From the human T2T-CHM13v2.0 reference genome, Homo sapiens, in NCBI RefSeq assembly GCF_009914755.1, contig NC_060927.1: 64,000 bases of DNA; one strand, given 5' to 3'. Under the pieces are notes generated by a model. The model saw only the letters and a list, made by a program, of their open reading frames with translations. It made no database searches and was not told where the DNA came from. Below, piece after piece: positions 50,750 to 64,000 of the stretch (positions within the stretch are counted from its first letter, which is position 1; every line of letters begins with the position of its first letter). Both the position numbers and the translations under genes were made by a program.

Positions 50750-52489
50750 CTAGATAAATTTGATTGCCTCTCTACTCACTTTTTGAGAGAAACAGAGAGA
50801 TCCTTATATGTGGCAAAACATTTTTAAATTATTTGTATAAATTCAGGGGTACAAGTCCAGTTTTGTCACATAGATATATTAAGTAGTGGCAAAGTCTGGG
50901 CTTTTATTGCAACCATCACCTGAGTAGTGTTTCAAGAGACAGAAAATTCAGCCTCAAGCGAGAAGGCAAGATCCTTGACCTTGGGGAACTTACAGGCTCA
51001 AGGTACACTTTATAGTTTAGTATTTCCAACTAGACAGAATGAGGTAGTATACTTTATAAACCTCTCTTAGCTTTACAAATTCAACAAAAAATACTTGCTT
51101 AGAAAACTTGCCTTATATTTTCATCAATATTTTATTATAAAGATATGTTTTACTATAAGCTTTGTAAGTGAAGGAACTATTTTTATTGTATTCTTTTCCA
51201 GCTTTTTAGCATAAATATTCCATACACATATAGTATGTTCAATAAATATTCCAGATTCATTAGACCTTGTGTTTAAGTGACATCCCTACACAAACATAAA
51301 TGTTGTTCATCACATACTGTTATTACTAGTTCATTTGTAAGGTTGATTGCCAAAGTTGAATGTCTATGAAATGATATTAGTTGTGGTAATGTTTTCTTCA
51401 TTTCATTTTATGTTTTTAAATTGTGGTCATTGAACATTGTACACATATTGAATCTCTAATGGGTAGAAGTTAAATAAATATGCTCAAATCATTTACTTTC
51501 CTGGTCAATCCAGAATTGACGTGTAAATTTGCAATTCATCAGCCAGTATTGTTCAAATAAGGATACAAACTCCAAGGTTTGTATCTGAAGTGGTTCATTT
51601 TACAGCGTGATGCATGGGTGACTAAGTTATTTTCCTTTTTCCTATACTTAAAAGCTTTTGGTTTTAAAATTTGAAAGGCATATTACAAATGCTTTTAGTT
51701 TGTGAAGTTACTTAATATAAGTTATAAAGTTTAATAAACTTTATTAAAGAATATTCCTCTATTTCTACCTGATGGATTTGATAGCAAGTCAAAATTGAAC
51801 ATTTCTAGGATGCCTAGGATTTTACTTTTCTAAGAGGAGAATTTTTAAAATAGTGACCTCTTTATTTTCCTACTAGAAAGAAAAATCAATGAAGACAATT
51901 CCATATTATTCATATTTAAAGTGCAAAACAAAGAAAATAATAACAAAATAGTTTACTCAGGAGGGAATCAAAACAGGTTCAGCCTCAATTTGATAAGCTT
52001 CTTCAGTTTCCTTCTGTATCGCATTGCTAAACAACAGATAATATCATTCTAAACGAACAAACCTGACTTTTCTTTATGCTCTACGCCTGTTGATTCTTAC
52101 ATACCACAGAAAAGGTATTTTTATTTTATTAATTTGCTGGTGATGGGGGCATTGTTGTTGTTGTTTGTTTGTTTTATTTAATAGTCTCATCTGCTAGTGG
52201 TTTATGGCAAATTTCTTGTTCTTATCAATAAAATATTAGTTAACCTGACTAATTTTGAATCTCAACAGAAATTGAAAGTGTGTTATGACAGTGCTGGTAA
52301 TCTGCAGAAACAAAATTGTAATTAATGAAAATCCAATTAAGATGCCAAAAACTTCTCAGCAGCGTATTGACCAAAATATTCTTCAACTCAGAAAATTAAT
52401 ATACAATCCATAGTGTAAATGACAATGCTTTGCTACCTAGGTATGCCAAAATGATAGAGTATTTTAAATGATAGATTCTGCAGTCACAG

Positions 52490-52770
52490 TGTCTTGACTA
52501 AGGCAGTGTACAAGCCCAGGAATTCTGACTTCACAATCTGTCAATGAAAGCATAAGCTGAGTATTTTCTAACAAATTATTTAATTCAGTATTCTGAAACA
52601 GTTTATTAATTGAGTATGCACAGTTTTTAAAATTATCTGTCTGCTGATTGTAAAATAAGGATATTAATTGTACCTCCTTTTAAAGGTTATTATAAAATAA
52701 AATAAGAACATATATGTAAATTTATAGCAGTAAGCATACAAACAATATTAGATATTATTGTTATTACAAG
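52490..52770 (+). mobile_element. MIR
   Basis: tgtaaaataaggatattaattgtacctcc...ggttattataaaataaaataag. Confidence 0.5.
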
Positions 52771-52980
52771 TTTCTTTGCATTTGAAATAACGGCGTAGTA
52801 TATTCAACCTTCTCATACTCCTTGGAATCTGGAGAATTAAAGAAAAGGGAAACCCAGGCTTCAGACTCTTCCTATATAATCCGTTATTAGAATAAAACTT
52901 TGCTGCTATAGTTTTTCTTGTGGCTTTGGCATTTTTAATACAATGTATAGGTTTCTAGCTATCAGGCATGTGAATAGGTA

Positions 52981-53286
52981 TTTTTTTTTTTTTTTTTTTG
53001 AGATGGAGTCTCGCTCTGTCGCCCAGGCTGGAGTCCAGTGGCGCTATCTCTGCTCACTGCAAGCTCCGCCTCCAGGGTTCACGCCATTCTCCTGCCTCAG
53101 CCTCCTGAGTAGCTGGGACTACAGGCGCCCGCCACTACGCCTGGCTAATTTTTTTTTTTTGTATTTTTAGTAGAGACGGGGTTTCACCGTGTTAGCCAGG
53201 ATGGTCTCGGTCTCCTGACCTCTTGATCCGCCCGTCTCGGCCTCCCAAAGTACTGGGATTACAGGCGTGAGCCACCGCGCCCGGCA
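52981..53286 (-). mobile_element. AluY
   Basis: Y-type diagnostics; TSD gtgaatagg(t/c)at at 52970 and 53287. Confidence 0.93.
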
Positions 53287-53458
53287 GTGAATAGGCATCT
53301 TTTAGCTTTGCTGGCTAGCGTGGATATGTAAGATCCATCATACTATTTAATAAATTTCTGATATTAATTTAGTAGAAAGGTGGTTAAATAAATAAGGGCA
53401 GATGGGTCAAGATAATTCTCCAGTTAAACTTCTCTCACTATTGTGGCTGGGAGAGCCA

Positions 53459-53548
53459 GATAATATCAGAGAACTTCCCAAACTTAGAGAAAGATATCAA
53501 TATTCAAGTACAAGAAGGTTGTAGAACACCAAGCAGATTTAACCCAAA
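53459..53548 (+). repeat. Isolated 90-bp L1 ORF1 fragment nearly identical to 59350-59439
   Basis: 88 of 90 bases identical by direct comparison. Confidence 0.93.
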
Positions 53549-54689
53549 ATAAGGCGAGCATCAGAAAGAATTTCTCCTCACATGCATCATTTTGTACCAA
53601 TAATTGCCATTTTATGCAACTCTTCATGTATCTGTTGAAGAATAAGAGGGAAGAGTTTGAGCAGTCAAATGAATGCAGTTACTATAACTAAGAAATATTC
53701 ATAGGTTATTTTCAGTTTGTTACTGCAATCCTAGATTTCCAAAAAATAATATGAAAATATGCCTTGGTCTACCGATGTAATAGATACCTCAAAGTTTAAA
53801 AACTAAGGGGTAGACTCACAAGAATATTTGTTTCCTTTGATGATAATTACGAATTTACTTATTTCCTTTCTTGACGGCTCTCCTCCCGGTTTACTTGTGT
53901 GTAGAAAGAATTACACTTTGGATAGAGTTGAAGTAGAACAGCCTAGCAAATTCAGACTCAGACAAGCACATCTAATTTACCTTTTGATTTGGTTGTTGCT
54001 TCTCTTCTTGTACTATGGTGCTCAATTTGGTTTTCACGTAGCACAAAGTGTTTTAACTGTCAGTCATACAAACAAGAGTCAGGAAGGGCCTATTAGGTCA
54101 TCCAGTCGATTTTTTCAGCAGAGTAGGATAGATTACTGATGTTAAATTTTTTTCCTTCTGTTTTCCCTCCGGCTAGAATTGAACATGATTCTTGCTATAT
54201 CTTGAGGGCATAGAAGATAAAAATCAATAATAAAAGTATATGTGCGTTTAGGAGAACTTGTATCTTAGATGGGGAGGGGAATTTCACTTAAGCAATGGTT
54301 GAGAACTTTTCATTCCACTGGATAACAAATGACTCCTCCTCCCTCTTTCTTTTACTGGTAAAAAACAAACAGACATTTTATCACTAAGCCAAAGTCAGAC
54401 CTAGAATTCTATCACAGGCATATGTATTTACCCAGAGAAATAAATCTGCCACAGAATTCCCCTTATCTGATGAAAATCCTTATAGATATATTTATTTTTG
54501 TTTAATAGGATAAGAATATTGGATTTCCACAATTGTCTATGGAAGTGTGTGTGTGTGCGTGTGTGTTTGTGTGTGTGTGCCTGAAGTAAGCACAGTATCC
54601 CATATGTATGTGTGGGATGAAGACACTGATTACTTTATAATAAAACATGATGATGGGTTTTTATTCCCCCAAGAAACATTAGCGCTGTA

Positions 54690-54840
54690 TTAATACTAGG
54701 TATAATTTAACCAAACTTTCTTATTTTACAGGGAGCCTAAGTTTTATTTGCTCAAGGTCACTGAGATACACAAAAGATGATTCAGGACTAGGCCGGACTT
54801 CCTGATTTCTAGTTAGCTGTTTCTTTCTCTGTGCTACTCT
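54690..54840 (-). mobile_element. MIR fragment
   Basis: ttattttacagggagcctaag...ttgctcaaggtcac. Confidence 0.5.
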
Positions 54841-55639
54841 GACTCAAGATTATTTTTTTTATTTTTATCAAGAAGAGTCAAATTTCTGAATTATAAATGG
54901 GATAGCCTGAAGCCTAGAACTCAAGGAATAAGACCAGAACAGAGAAAAACTTTGGCATCTTAAGTTCAGATAAGCTTTGCTAAGTTCCGTGTTCTGCAGA
55001 GAATATTCTTTCAAGCCAGGCATAGAAGGGGCTGACGTCTGTTATTTAAATATCCTTTTTTGTGATGTTAGACATCAGGCATTTTAGTAAAGATATAGAA
55101 ACTGTAAGCAAGTGCACAGTTTTAAAGTTATGTGATTTCTTATTTACAATATCCTATCTTTCTGGGATCTCATTGGTTAAAACATTAATAAAACTCAGTT
55201 TTGATCCTAGATTGATTGTAATGATAAACGATATACAAATAAAATAATGTATGTATTAATAATATAACAAATTGCTCTAGACTTTGATTCATCTAAACCT
55301 ATTTATTTAAAGTTCATCAGTAGCCAATACTGCTGAGTCTCTCATCATATTTTGATTTCTGTAATAAATAAATAAGTAAGAGAAGATTTAAATTAAAAAA
55401 AATTGTATCTCTAATGGCAGGATGGCCTCAGGATTTATCAGAGTAATGATTCATCCTAGACTTCAACATTATCCTTCCTCATATGTCTTCTGTTACAGCA
55501 GTCTTCTTTTAACAAGGCATTTTTATCTGATTGAGACTGGGAATAAAATTTTTGATTATTGAGGATAAATTATGAGCACTTAAAAATACCAAAACTACTG
55601 TTTTGCCTAAAAGCACTATAATAACAAAAGCAATAACTG

Positions 55640-55805
55640 CAACACAAGGACTTTCCACTTATTGAGAATACATATGATTCCTATCTTTGTTTTTCAAATG
55701 AAGAAACAAGGCTTAGAGGGGTTATTAACTTACCTGAAGCTGCACACTTAAATTATACAGTTGGCTAAAAACCGATGTAAGTTTGATGTCAGAATCCACA
55801 GCATT
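55640..55805 (-). mobile_element. MIR fragment, followed by (TG)n at 55819-55846
   Basis: tttcaaatgaagaaacaaggcttagaggggtt core motif. Confidence 0.6.
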
Positions 55806-55815
55806 AAGCCCCACA

Positions 55816-55846
<31 letters not shown>

Positions 55847-56959
55847 AAGTATATGGGTGTTCATGTGTTTCTGTGTAGAAGAGGGGAGACAATATGAGGG
55901 AGAGGACGATGAGATTAGCAAGTGACAGAACAGCATATCTCTGGTCAAAGTTTTCCTTTTTTGATGTTATTGAATAGAAAGCAACAGACTGTGTGTAGTT
56001 AGATGACCAAATGGGAAGGTTGATTTATGTTATTAATACTGTATTATACCCTCATTTATAATTCTAGCCAATATCCAACTTGCTAAATAACATGATTTTT
56101 ACTACTTAAACTTTTCCTGTGTTTGGTTGAGTTAAAAAATATATAAAGAAATAGGTCTCCTCTAAAATACTTTAATGTAAAATGTTAAGAACATAACTAC
56201 CATATGTGAAGTGTTTACTTTTCTCTAATTTTTGGTCTATGGAGACTACATTTTCACCATCTTTGGCAAAGATATTTGACAAAATAAAAAATAAAATACT
56301 GAAATAACCTCATCTTGAAAAAATTAAATGGAAATAGAGCAGATGTCATTTTGTAAATGGAGAATAAAAAGGTAAAAAGGTTTTTGTTTGTCAGCATATT
56401 AAAAGTTTAAACTAATTTTACTTCATGAAGACAGATTTAAACGATATGAAATTACAGATGGGTGAGAGTAATACAATTAAATTTATTACAGTTCTAGGGT
56501 GACATTTATAGATTCAATGGTTCATATATTATTAATTTGCTAAGATAATACATTATGCAATTAAAGCCATATTTATTTTTTAAATTCTGCATTATGCTAC
56601 ATTTTAATAAAAATTCAGACAATTTAGTCTGTGCATCTATTACAATAGAGGATGGCAGGTGTCTGAGGTATAATGTAGGTGCCTTGATATATTTCCAGCT
56701 TATTTCTTGATTAAAATATTGAGAATGAATTTTCAATTTATCCTAAAAAGATATTTAAAATAGTATGTATCCAGATAAACTCATTCTCAAAATGTTTCTT
56801 CTGCGCCCTCTCCTCCAGATGGTGCATTTTCTGCTACTGACATCAATAAGACTTTAACAAATACTGAAAGAAATATTTGAGATTTTTAATTATTTGACAA
56901 CATTCAGTTGTCAAAATCTGCTCCCCAAATACATACCAAAATAGTTGACTCTGAAGAAG

Positions 56960-59900
56960 GAAGAAGGTGGCAGAATAGAGGCCTACACCATTCATCCTGC
57001 TACGCCTCCCTGCTTGGACACCAAATTTTAACAACCATCCCCACACAGAAAAACACAGTCACAAGACCAAAAATAAGGTGAGCAATCACAGTACCTGGAT
57101 TTCACTTCATATAATGGAAACCAGCATTGAGGAGGACAGGAGACAGAGGCTTGAATTGCCAGTGCCACCCCTTTTCTGTCTCCTGGCAGTGGCCATGTGG
57201 TGCAGAGAGAAAATCTGTGCACTTTAAGGAGGGAGACTGCAGTGACTGGGGGACTTTACATTGAACTCAGTGCTGCCCTGCAGAGAATAAAACCATGCTG
57301 GGTTCAGCCCATGCTGAGTTCAGCTAGCACTTTCACACAAGAGAAGCATTTGCATTAGCCCTAGCTGGAGTGTAATTGACCATCCCAGCAGTCAGAACTT
57401 GAGTTTCTTAGCAAGCCTCACTACCACAAGCTGAAGTGGTCTTGAAAGGCAGTAAACTTGAAACGCAGTTTAGGACACAAGGGCTGTAATTCCTAGGCAA
57501 CTCCTAGTGCTAAACTGGGCTTAGAGCTAATGACCTAGGGTGGCACATGAACTAAGGGAGACACCAGCTGGTACAGTTAAGGGCATGCTTGCACTATCCC
57601 TCTCCCAACCCCAAGCAGTGTGTCTTGCAGAAATTAAAGTACTCCTTCTTTCTGCTTGAGCAGAGGAGAGTAAAGAGGACATTGTCTTGCATCTTAAATA
57701 CCAGCTGAGCCACAGTAGAACTGGGCACGAGGCAGAGTTGTGAGTTCCCCATTCCAGGCCCTAGGTCCCAGACAACATTTCTAGACACATCCTGAGCCAA
57801 ACAGGAATCTTTTGCCTTGAAGAGAAGGATGCAGTCCTGGTAAGTTTCATCACCTGTTGACTAAAGAGCCTGTGAGCCCTGAATAACCACCAGTAATACC
57901 CAGGGAGTACACTGTGAGCCTTGGGCTCTGAGAAGTGCTAGCTTCAAAGGTGACCGAGCAAATTTCCAGCTGTGGTGGCTATGGTGAAAGACTTCTGTTT
58001 GAGAAAATCACGAGGAAAAGTGGAAGAGACTTTGTCTTGTACCCTAGAAACCAGCTCATCAGAGTGGTGTAAAGCAGCAGCAGGCTCTTGGGATCCCCAA
58101 ATCCAGGCATAAGCTTTTGGACAGCATTTCTGGACCTGCCCTGGGACAGAGAGGAGCCCTACCTTGAAAGTAAATCTCAGTCCTGGCAGCATTCACCAAA
58201 AACTGACTGAGGAGATTTTGGGCTTTAAGTGAACATTGGCAGTGGATTAGCAGAACCCTAGTGATCTCCAGCAGTGGAATAGTGATTGTGGTGGCCACAA
58301 GGAGAGGTCTCTCTGCCTGTGGTAGTGGGAGGAAGAGCAGGACGAACTTTGTATTGTGGTTTGAGTGCCAGCTTAGGCACAGTAAAATAGAAATCAGGTA
58401 AATTACTAAGGTTTTTAATTCAAATCCCTGGCTCCCAGTTAGTATCTCTGGACACACTTGGGGCCTGGGTTAACTCACTACCCTGAAAGGAAAAGAGCCT
58501 TGGGCAAGACCCAGTGCTGTGCTGGCTTCAGATCTGAACCAGCACAGTCCCAGTGGTGATGGCCACATGGGTGCTTGCTTTATCACACCCCCAGTTCCAG
58601 GTGGCTCAGCACAAAGATGTGTTTGGGAGACAGTAAAATAATGAGTATCTACTTTGTAATCTAGATAATTCTTCCAGATCTTATTCAAGACCACCAAGGT
58701 GGTACCTCCATGAGTCTGCAAAAAAAACAATGCATTGTTGGTCTTGGAACCCAAGTTCCTTTGAATACCTAGAAATCCTTCCCAAGAAGGACAGACACTA
58801 ACAAGCCCAGACTGTAAGGACTGCAATAAATACCTAACTCTTCAATGTCCAGACACCAGAGAACATCTACAAGCATCAACACCATCCAGGAAAACATGAT
58901 TTTGGCAAATGTAATAGATAAGGCACCAGGGAGTAATTCTGGAAAATAAAGATATATGACTTTTCAGACAGAGAATTGCAAGTAACTGTTTTGAGGTAGC
59001 TCAAATAAATTTTAAGATAACACAGAGAAAGAAGTCAGAATTCTGTTAGATAAATTAAACACACAGAGGTTCAAATACTTAAAAATAACCTCACAGAAAT
59101 TCTAAAGTTGAAAAATGTAAGTAACATGCTGAAGAAAGTATTGACGTCTCTTGATAGAGATCAAGCAGAAGGAAGAATTAGTGTGATTGAAGACAGGCTT
59201 TTTGAAAATACAGTCAGAGGGGATAAAATACGAAAGAATACAGCATACCTACAAGATTTAGAAAATTGCCTCAAAATGGCAAATCTAAGAGTTCTTGGCC
59301 ATTAAGAGGAGATATAGAAATATGTAAGGTTAGAAAGTTTATTCAAAAGGATAATATCAGAGAACTTCCCAAACCTAGAAAAAGATATCAATATTCAAGT
59401 ACAAGAAGGTTGTAGAACACCAAGCAGATTTAACCCAAAGAAGAGTACTTCTAGGCGTTTAATAACGAAACTCCAAAAAGGTCAAGAATAAACAAAATAA
59501 CCCAAAAGTAGCAATAGAAAGGAAACAGATAATATACAATGCAGCTCCAGTGCACCTGACAGCATATTTTTCAGTAGAATCCTTATAGGCCAAGAGAGAA
59601 TGGCATGGCATATTTAAGTTGCTGAAAGATGAAAACTCTTACCCTAGAATAGTATATACAACAAAAGTATCTTTCAAGAATGAAGGAGAAATAAACATTG
59701 CCAGACAAACAAAACCTGAGGAATTCATCAACACCAGACCTGTCCTACAAGAATTGGTAAAAGGAGTTATTCAGTCAGAAAGAAAAGGATGTTAATGAGC
59801 AAGAAGAAATAATCTGAAGGTAAAAAAACTCATTGATAATAGTAACCACACAGAAAGTCACAGAATATTATAACATCGTAACTGTGGTGTATACATTTCT

Positions 59901-62900
59901 CTTGATTTAAATAGAAAGATAAAATGATCAGCCAATAAAAAATAATAACCACAAAACTTTTCAAGACATAGACAGCACAATAAGACATGAAGAGAAGCAA
60001 CCTAATGTTAAAAAACAAGGAGAAGAATTCAAGTGTAAAGTTTTATTAGTTTTCTTTTTGCATGTTTGTTTGTTTATCAAATGAGTGTTAAATTGTCATC
60101 AGTTTAAAATAATAGGTTATACAACTGTATTTACAAGATTCATGGTAACCTCAAATCAACAAAAACACAAAAATAAAAGAGAGACAATCAAATATATCAT
60201 CAGAGAAAATTGGCTTTTATAAAAAGAAGACACAAAGGAAGAAAAGAAGGAAGAGAAGACTGTAAAGGAAGCAGAAAATAAATAACTAAAACGGTGGAAG
60301 TAAGTCTCTACTTATCAGTAACATTATTGAATATAAATGGATTAAACTCTCCAATCAAATAGACTGGGCGAATGGATGAAAATAAATACTATACCCAATG
60401 ACATCTTGCCTACAAGAAAATCACTTCACCTACAGAGACACACGTGGACTTAAGGGCATGAAAGAAGATATTCCATCTCAATTAAAACCAAGAAAGAGCA
60501 GGAGTAGTTATACCTAAAAGAAATTTCAAGATAGAAACTATAAGAAGAGACAAAGAAGGTCATTATATAATGATAAAGGAGTCAACTCAGCAAGAGGATA
60601 TGATTTTAAGTATATCTGTACCCCAAACTGGAGTACCCAGATATATAAAGCAAATCTTATTAGAGATACAGAGAGAAACAGACCCAAATACAATAATAGC
60701 TGGAGACTTCAACATCCCAATTTCAGCATTGGACAGATTTCCTGGACAGAAAATCAACAAATAAATATTGGACTTAATCTGTACTATAGAACAAACAGAC
60801 CTACTAGATATTGACAAAATGTTTTATCCAATGGCTACAGAATACACATCTATCCCCTCAGCACATGGATCTATTCTCAAGGATAGACTGTATGTTAGGT
60901 TACAAAACAAGTCTTAAAGCTTTCAAAAATTTGACATTATATCAAAGCAACTTCTATTACCACGATGGAAAAAAAAACCTAGAAATCAATAACAAGAATA
61001 ATTTTGGAAACCATACTAGCACATAGAAATTAAACATCCTGCTCCTGAATGACCAGTGAGTCAATGAAGAAATTAAGAAGGAAATTGAGAAATTTCTTAA
61101 AACAAATGATAATAGAAACAAAGCATACCAAAACATATGGGAAACAGTAAAAGCAGTAATAAGAAGGAAACTTATAGCTAAGTGCCTACATCAAAAAAAA
61201 AAGAGGAAAATGTCAAAAAATAACCTAATGATGCATCTTCAGGAAGTAGAAAAGCAAGAGCAAACCAAATAAAAATTTAGTAAAATAAAAGAAATAATAG
61301 AGATCAGAGCATAAATAAATAAATTTGAAATGAGAAAAACAATAAAACAATGAAACAAAAACTTGTTTATTTGATCAATGAAACAAAAGTTGTTTATTTG
61401 GAAATATAAACAAAATTGACAAACATTTAGACAGACTGACAAGAAAAGAGAGAAGACCAAAATAAAATTAGAGATAAAAAAGAAGACATTACAACTGATG
61501 CTGCAGAAATTCAAAGGGTCATTAGTGGCTACTATGAGCAACTATATCCCAATACATTTCAAAATCTAGAAGAAATGAATAAATTTTGAGACACATACAA
61601 CCTACCAAGATTGAAACATGAATAAGTTTAGAAACTGAACAGACCATTAACAAGTAATAAGATCAAAGCCATAATAAAATTTATCCCAGTTTTTAAAAAA
61701 TCCTCAGACCTGAGGGCTTCACCGCTGAATTCTATGAAACATTTAAAGAGCTAATAACAATCCTACTCAAAGTCTTCCAAAAAATAGAGGAGCAGAGCAT
61801 ACTTACAAACTCATTTTATGAAGCCATTATTACCCTGATACCAAAACCAGAAAAAGACATATCAAGAAAAGAAAACTACAGGCTAATATCATTGATTAAT
61901 GTTGGTACAAATTTCCTCAACAAAATCCTTGCAAATCAAATTCAACAATAGATTAAAAAGGCCATTGATTATGACCAAGTGGGTTATATCCCAGGAATGT
62001 AACTATAGTTCAGCAAACACAAATTAATCAATGTGATACATCATATTAATAGAATGAAGGACAAAAACCATATAATCATTTCAATTGATGTTTTAAAAAG
62101 CATTTGATAAAGCTAAATATTTCTTCATGAAAAAAGTAAAAATACTGGGCATAGAAGAAACATACTAAAAGCTATATATGACAGACTCACAGCTAGCATC
62201 ATAGTGAATGGGGAAATACTGAAAGCCTTTCCTGCTAAATCTGGAACATGACAAGGATGTCCACTTTCCCTGTTATTACTTAGCATTGTACTGGAAGTCC
62301 TAGCTACAGCAATCAGACAAAAGAAGAAAATAAAGGACATCCAACATGGAAAAGAAGAAGTCAAATTATCTTTTTTTGCAGATGATAGGATATTATATTT
62401 GGAAAAACCTAAAAACTCCACCAAAATAATATTAAACTGACAAATTCAGTAAAGTTACAGGATACAAAATCAATATACAAAAATCAGCAGCATTTTTATA
62501 TGCCCAAAGTGAAAGATCTGAAAAAGAAATAAAAAACATAATCCTACTTATAATAGCCATACATAAAATTAAATACCTAGGAATTAACCAAAGAAGTGAA
62601 AGATCTCTACAATAAAAATTATAAAATACTAATGGAAGAAATTGAAGAGAATACATAAAAGTGGAAAGGTATGCCATATTCATGGATTGGAAGAATCAAT
62701 ATTGTTGATTCTTGCTACCCAAAACAATCTATATATTTGATGCAGTCCCTATCAAAATACCAGTGACATTCTTCACAAAAATAGAAAAAAAATAAAATTT
62801 ATATGAAATGAAAAAGATGCAGAATAGATGAAGCTATCCTGAGCAAAATTAACAAAACTGGATGAATTACATTACCTGACTTCAAATTATACTACAGAGC

Positions 62901-64000
62901 TATAGTAACCAAAACAGCATGGTACTGGCATGAAAACAGACACATAGACCAATGGAACAGGAAAACCCAAAAACAAATCCAGAAACTTAAAGTGAACTCA
63001 TTTTTGACAAAAGTGCCAAGAACAAACACTGAGGAAAAGATACTCACTTCGATAAGTGGTCCTGGGAAAACTGGATATTTATATGCAGAATGAAACTAGA
63101 CACCTCTCTCTCACCATATAGAAAAATCAAATCAAAATGGATTAAAGACTTACATCTAATACCTTAAACTAGGAAACTACTAGAAGTAAACATTGGGGGA
63201 ACTTTGCAGGACATTGTTCTGGGCAAAAATTTATTGAGCAATACCCAACAAGCACAGGCAACCAAAGCAAAAATGGACAAATGAGATTATATCTAGTTAA
63301 AAAGTTTCTGTGCAGGAAAGGAAATTAACACAATGAAGAGGTAACCCACAGAATAGGAGAAGATATTTGCAAACTACCTTTCTGAGAAGGGATTAAAAAT
63401 CAGAATATGCAAGGAGCTCAAACAACTCTAGGGGAAAATGTCTAATAATCTGATAAAAAAATAAGCAAAAGATTTGAATAGATATTTCTCAAAAGAAGAC
63501 ACGCAAATGGCAAACACACATATGAAAAGTTGCTCAGCATCATTGATCATCTGATAGATGCCAATCATAACTACAATGTGATGTAATCTCATCCCAGTTA
63601 AAATGTTTTTATCAAAAATCAGGCAATAACAAATGCTGGTAAGGATGTGTGGAAGACAGGGAACCCTCAAACACTGTTGGTACAAGCACTATGGTAAACA
63701 GTTTGGAGATAGGTTCCTCAAAAAACTAAAAATAGAGCTTTCATATGATTCAGAAATTGCACTACTAGGTATATGCTTAAAAGAAAGGAAATCAACATAT
63801 TGAAGAAATATCTGCACTCTCATGGTCATTGTAGCATTCTTCACAGTATCCAAGATTTAAAATCAACCTAAGTGTCCATCAACAGTTGAATGGTTAAAGA
63901 AAATATCTTAGTTGTACACGATGGTCTGCTATTCAACCATAAAAAAAGAATGAGATTCTGTCATTTGCAACAACATAGTTGGAACCAGAGATCATTATGT
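56960..64000 (+). mobile_element. Near-full-length L1MA (about L1MA1-3): 5'UTR, decayed ORF1 and ORF2; runs off the right edge
   Basis: 5'UTR homologous in reverse to 41300-43250; ORF1 remnant (DQAEGRISVIEDRLFEN), EN remnant (NTIIAGDFNIPISALDR), RT motif region (tttgcagatgat, FADD); many stops. Confidence 0.92.

Noticed and set aside
51724-51744. 10-bp AT-rich inverted repeat
   Set aside because: Short and AT-rich; expected by chance at this composition.
52060-52120. Possible 5-nt microexon (cacag|AAAAG|gtattt)
   Set aside because: Weak donor, not frame-preserving, and no host gene evident.
57293-57325. Short 16-bp tandem duplication (a similar one lies at 61348-61400)
   Set aside because: Ordinary slippage-type micro-duplications in a dead L1.
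56960-64000. Potentially active full-length L1
   Set aside because: ORF1 and ORF2 are broken by many stops and frameshifts; old L1MA-type sequence.

Overview
AT-rich, repeat-saturated primate genomic DNA, most likely human because it holds an AluYa5 with all five diagnostic bases. I find no credible protein-coding gene, structural RNA gene or CRISPR array; the listed ORFs come from Alu, L1, ERV or simple repeats. The window opens in a decayed class-I-type ERV (gag pseudogene plus 5' LTR, minus strand). It then runs through old L1M halves, Tigger, MaLR, LTR16/33, MIR and L2 fossils, and three separate 5'-inverted (twin-primed) L1 insertions. A ~15 kb nest of two 5'-to-3' L1MA elements splits an MLT1 provirus, and a further L1MA runs off the right edge. 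I cannot support a new biological system. The best second-look signals are mutational and repair scars: a 90-bp near-identical orphan copy of the local L1 ORF1 5.9 kb from its apparent donor, an apparently older L1MB fragment inside a younger L1MA, a ~150-bp L1 with a 51-bp inversion, a ~190-bp fold-back around a (TA)n tract, and several short templated inverted patches. Repeat subfamily names are from memory of consensus sequences and need RepeatMasker/Dfam confirmation.
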